From the NCBI GenBank assembly GCA_002269645.1, contig NIVC01002430.1, positions 62,001-126,000 of the forward strand: a DNA stretch of 64,000 bases. Direction: 5' to 3'. Under the pieces are notes generated by a model. The model saw nothing but the letters and a program-made list of their open reading frames with translations. It ran no database searches and was not told where the DNA came from. The translations under genes and the position numbers were made by a program. Origin of the DNA: Macrostomum lignano (taxonomy: Eukaryota). This document shows, one piece after another, positions 60,641 to 64,000 of this stretch (positions within the stretch are counted from its first letter, which is position 1; each line of letters begins with the position of its first letter).

Positions 60641-61269
60641 AGATTAAATGTCGCTTCTTTTCAGAATCGGCGCTTTGGATAATATCAGCGGAGTTAAAAA
60701 GTTTTAGGCGTTGGCATGCTACGAATGTACAGTGTACGGCAGATAAAGTGAACTCCAAACCAAATATCCTGAATGACCCAGCTCCATGAACCATTTAAAG
60801 TTTCGCATGTAAAGCTGGAAAACCTTGACAGTAAAAATGAAACTGGAAAAGTCGTCTAGGTGAGAAAATCTAATTAGACCTGTAAATCATAATTAGCTAA
60901 TTAACATAACATTATTGTCCGAAACAGACATTGTCAACAATAATTGATGAATAATTAATGAGCTTGCTTTTCGCCTAACACTACACTCCATGTCCAGTTA
61001 ATTATATACACGTATAAGCGTTATATTGTTTAAACAGTAAAACTGCATTCGTAGATTAATTAAAAAACAATAGCCGAAAATTCAAGTGCAAACACCACAC
61101 GGGTAATGAGGAATGAGGCCTGATGGTCTCAAATTGGCATATTAGTCTATGGCCCAGACTGTCTTTATGAGAATTTTGTAAGCTCTCAACTTTGGATGTC
61201 CGTTTTCCAACACACAAAAGCAATAGTATTGTCAATTTGATCAGGTTGAGAATACAAAAGGGGATAGAG

Positions 61270-62640
61270 ATAAGGGAGAAGGGGGTACCATGAAGGGTGA
61301 AGGGGGTACCGTGAAGGGAGAAGGGGGTACCATGAAGGGTGAAGGGGGTACCGTGAAGGGAGAAGGGGGTACCATGAAGGGTGAAGGGGGTACCGTGAAG
61401 GGAGAAGGGGGTAGAGTGAAGGGAGGGGGTAGAGTGAAAGGGGGTAGAGTGAAGGGAGGGGGTAGAGTGAAGGGAGGGGGTAGAGTGAAAGGAGGGGTAG
61501 AGTGAAAGGAGGGGGTAGAGTGAAGGGAGGGGGTAGAGTGAAGGGAGGGGTAGAGTGAAGGGAGGGGTAGAGTGAAGGGAGGGGTAGAGTGAAGGGAGGG
61601 GTAGAGTGAAGGGAGGGGGTAGAGTGAAAGGAGGGGGTAGAGTGAAGGGAGGGGGTAGAGTGAAGGGAGGGGTTAGAGTGAAGGGAGGGGTAGAGTGAAG
61701 GGAGGGGGTAGAGTGAAGGGAGAAGGGGTAGAGTGAAGGGAGGGGGTAGAGTGAAAGGAAGGGTACAGTGAAGGGAGAAGGGGGTAGAGTGAAGGGAGGG
61801 GTAGAGTGAAGGGAGGGGGTAGAGTGAAAGGAGGGGGTAGAGTGAAGGGAGGGGGTAGAGTGAAGGGAGGGGTTAGAGTGAAGGGAGGGGGTAGAGTGAA
61901 GGGAGGGGGTAGAGTGAAGGGAGGGGGTAGAGTGAAGGGAGAAGGGGTAGAGTGAAGGGAGGGGGTAGAGTGAAAGGAAGGGTACAGTGAAGGGAGGGGT
62001 AGAGTGAAGGGAGGGGGTAGAGTGAAAGGAGGGGGTAGAGTGAAGGGAGGGGGTAGAGTGAAGGGAGGGGTTAGAGTGAAGGGAGGGGGTAGAGTGAAGG
62101 GAGGGGTAGAGTGAAGGGAGAAGGGGTAGAGTGAAGGGAGGGGGTAGAGTGAAAGGAGGGGGTAGAGTGAAGGGAGGGGGTAGAGTGAAGGGAGGGGTAG
62201 AGTGAAAGGAAGGGTACAGTGAAGGGAGAAGGGGGTAGAGTGAAGGGAGGGGGTAGAGTGAAGGGAGGGGGTAGAGTGAAGGGAGGGGTTAGAGTGAAGG
62301 GAGGGGGTAGAGTGAAGGGAGGGGGTAGAGTGAAGGGAGAAGGGGTAGAGTGAAGGGAGGGGGTAGAGTGAAAGGAAGGGTACAGTGAAGGGAGAAGGGG
62401 GTAGAGTGAAGGGAGGGGTAGAGTGAAAGGAAGGGTACAGTGAAGGGAGAAGGGGGTAGAGTGAAGGGAGGGGTAGAGTGAAGGGAGAAGGGGTAGAGTG
62501 AAGGGAGGGGTAGAGTGAAAGGAAGGGTACAGTGAAGGGAGAAGGGGGTAGAGTGAAGGGAGGGGTAGAGTGAAGGGAGGGGGTAGAGTGAAGGGAGGGG
62601 GTAGAGTGAAAGGAAGGGTACAGTGAAGGGAGAAGGAGGT
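61270..62640. repeat. G-rich 18-21-bp minisatellite GTAGAGTGAAGGGAGGGG
   Basis: Direct reading. Confidence 0.95.
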
Positions 62641-63309
62641 AGAGTGAAGGGACAATGGGATAAAGTGGAGGGGGTAGAATGATGAAGGGGCTGCTGCACA
62701 TTCTCGACTTGGTCGGTTCAGTTATCAGCTTGACTGACAAAAATTACGAAATGGTCTGTGCATAAGTGCTTGAATTTGCCTACTACTTTAAATATTATAC
62801 TCATGCGCTAGCTGTTGCTGTCACTATAGTATACCTACTGCTAATTAGCGAATATTCCTATCGCAAGCGAATAAAAAATCTCTCCCTGTACGTATAAAAC
62901 CTGTCGCGTGTCACAAAAAAACATTGTTACGTAACTTCTGCTGTCAGCGATGCTTCTCTAAAACTTCAAGCGCTAATTCCGCGACCTAAAGGATTAAGAT
63001 AAATCTTCTAACTCACTATAGTTTAGAAGAGCTGGACCACATCAATGTCAGAGCTACAAGTTTTAATTGACTGACTAACTAATTGTACGTTGATGCTGCT
63101 GCAGCAATATTACTAAAACCAGTTCTGTGTAAAAATTCTCAAATTTCTAATAAAAATTGTGAAATTCATTGACAGGCTTATGAGCAATTCATATTTCTTT
63201 ATTGAAGTTTAAATTTCAATTTGTGAATTTAATTAAACCCGAAGATTTTTGTTCTAATTTATACGCTGTTTATATACTTATACTTATACTTAAATACTTA
63301 ATTTATACG

Positions 63310-64000
63310 GATTGTTGAGATTCCAAGGCTCATCAGGAATTGTTGAGATGTCAAGGCTCATCAAGAGTTGTTGAGATGCCAAGGCTCATGGGGAATTGTT
63401 AAGATGTCAAGGCTCATAGGGAATTGTTGAGATGTCAAGGCTCATCAGGAGTTGCTGAGATGCCAAGGCTCACGGGGAATTGTTGAGATGCCAAGGCTCA
63501 CGGGAATTGTTGAGATGCCAAGGCTCATGGGGAATTGTTGAGATGCCAAGGCTCACGGGGAATTGTTGAGATGTCAAGGCTCATGGGGAATTGTTGAAAT
63601 GTCAAGGCTCATGGGGAATTGTTGAGATGTCAAGGCTCATGGGGAATTGTTGAGATGTCAAGGCTCATGGGGAATTGTTGAGATGTCAAGGCTCATGGGG
63701 AATTGTTGAAATGTCAAGGCTCATGGGGAATTGTTGAGATGTCAAGGCTCATGGGGAATTGTTGAGATGTCAAGGCTCATGGGGAATTGTTGAGATGTCA
63801 AGGCTCATGGGGAATTGTTGAGATGCCAAGGCTCATGGGAATTGTTGAGATGCCAAGGCTCATGGGGAATTGTTGAGATGCCAAGGCTCATGGGGAATTG
63901 TTGAGATGCCAAGGCTCGTGTGGAATTCAGATACCAAGGCTCATAGGAGATTATTGAGATGCAAAGGCTCACGGGAAATTGTTAAGATGCCAAGGCTCAT
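63310..64000. repeat. 28-bp minisatellite GTTGAGATG(T/C)CAAGGCTCATGGGGAATT, running off the window end
   Basis: Direct reading. Confidence 0.94.

Noticed and set aside
60700-60855. Possible minus-strand terminal exon after a CCTAG acceptor
   Set aside because: All three frames give short open reads, none matches a protein I recognise, and no partner exon was found.

Overview
Eukaryotic, intron-containing animal DNA. It is most consistent with a free-living flatworm such as Macrostomum; this is inferred from gene style, splice-acceptor context and minisatellite load, not proven. Nearly every intron and spacer is filled by a different micro- or minisatellite, so most long ORFs in the track are repeat artefacts. 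Bases 3.9-34 kb hold eight co-oriented + strand genes: an RRM protein, C19orf12, an ARM-like protein, NDUFB10, a Rab29/32/38-family GTPase, BCAS2 (with a 1-nt frameshift), a J-domain/C19orf12 chimera and DNAJC21. Most have a splice acceptor just upstream of the start, suggesting SL trans-splicing or an operon. Bases 39-60 kb hold a somatomedin-B/7TM GPCR gene. Its 12.8-kb first intron contains a complete antisense puromycin-sensitive aminopeptidase gene. Its second exon is interrupted, inside a poly-Gln tract, by an intact Ingi/I-group non-LTR retrotransposon (3 PHD fingers, APE, RT, RNase H) with an 11-bp TSD and a (CAA)5 tail. The strongest signals are: (1) the element is fused in frame to the host GPCR through an AUG-less leader ending in a 2A StopGo motif (DIETNPG-P), with a hand-folded HDV-like ribozyme candidate at its 5' end; (2) a DNAJC21-derived J-protein whose C-terminal half is replaced by a C19orf12 glycine-zipper domain, lying between intact copies of both parent genes. 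All splice models and RNA folds were worked out by eye; no database search was run.
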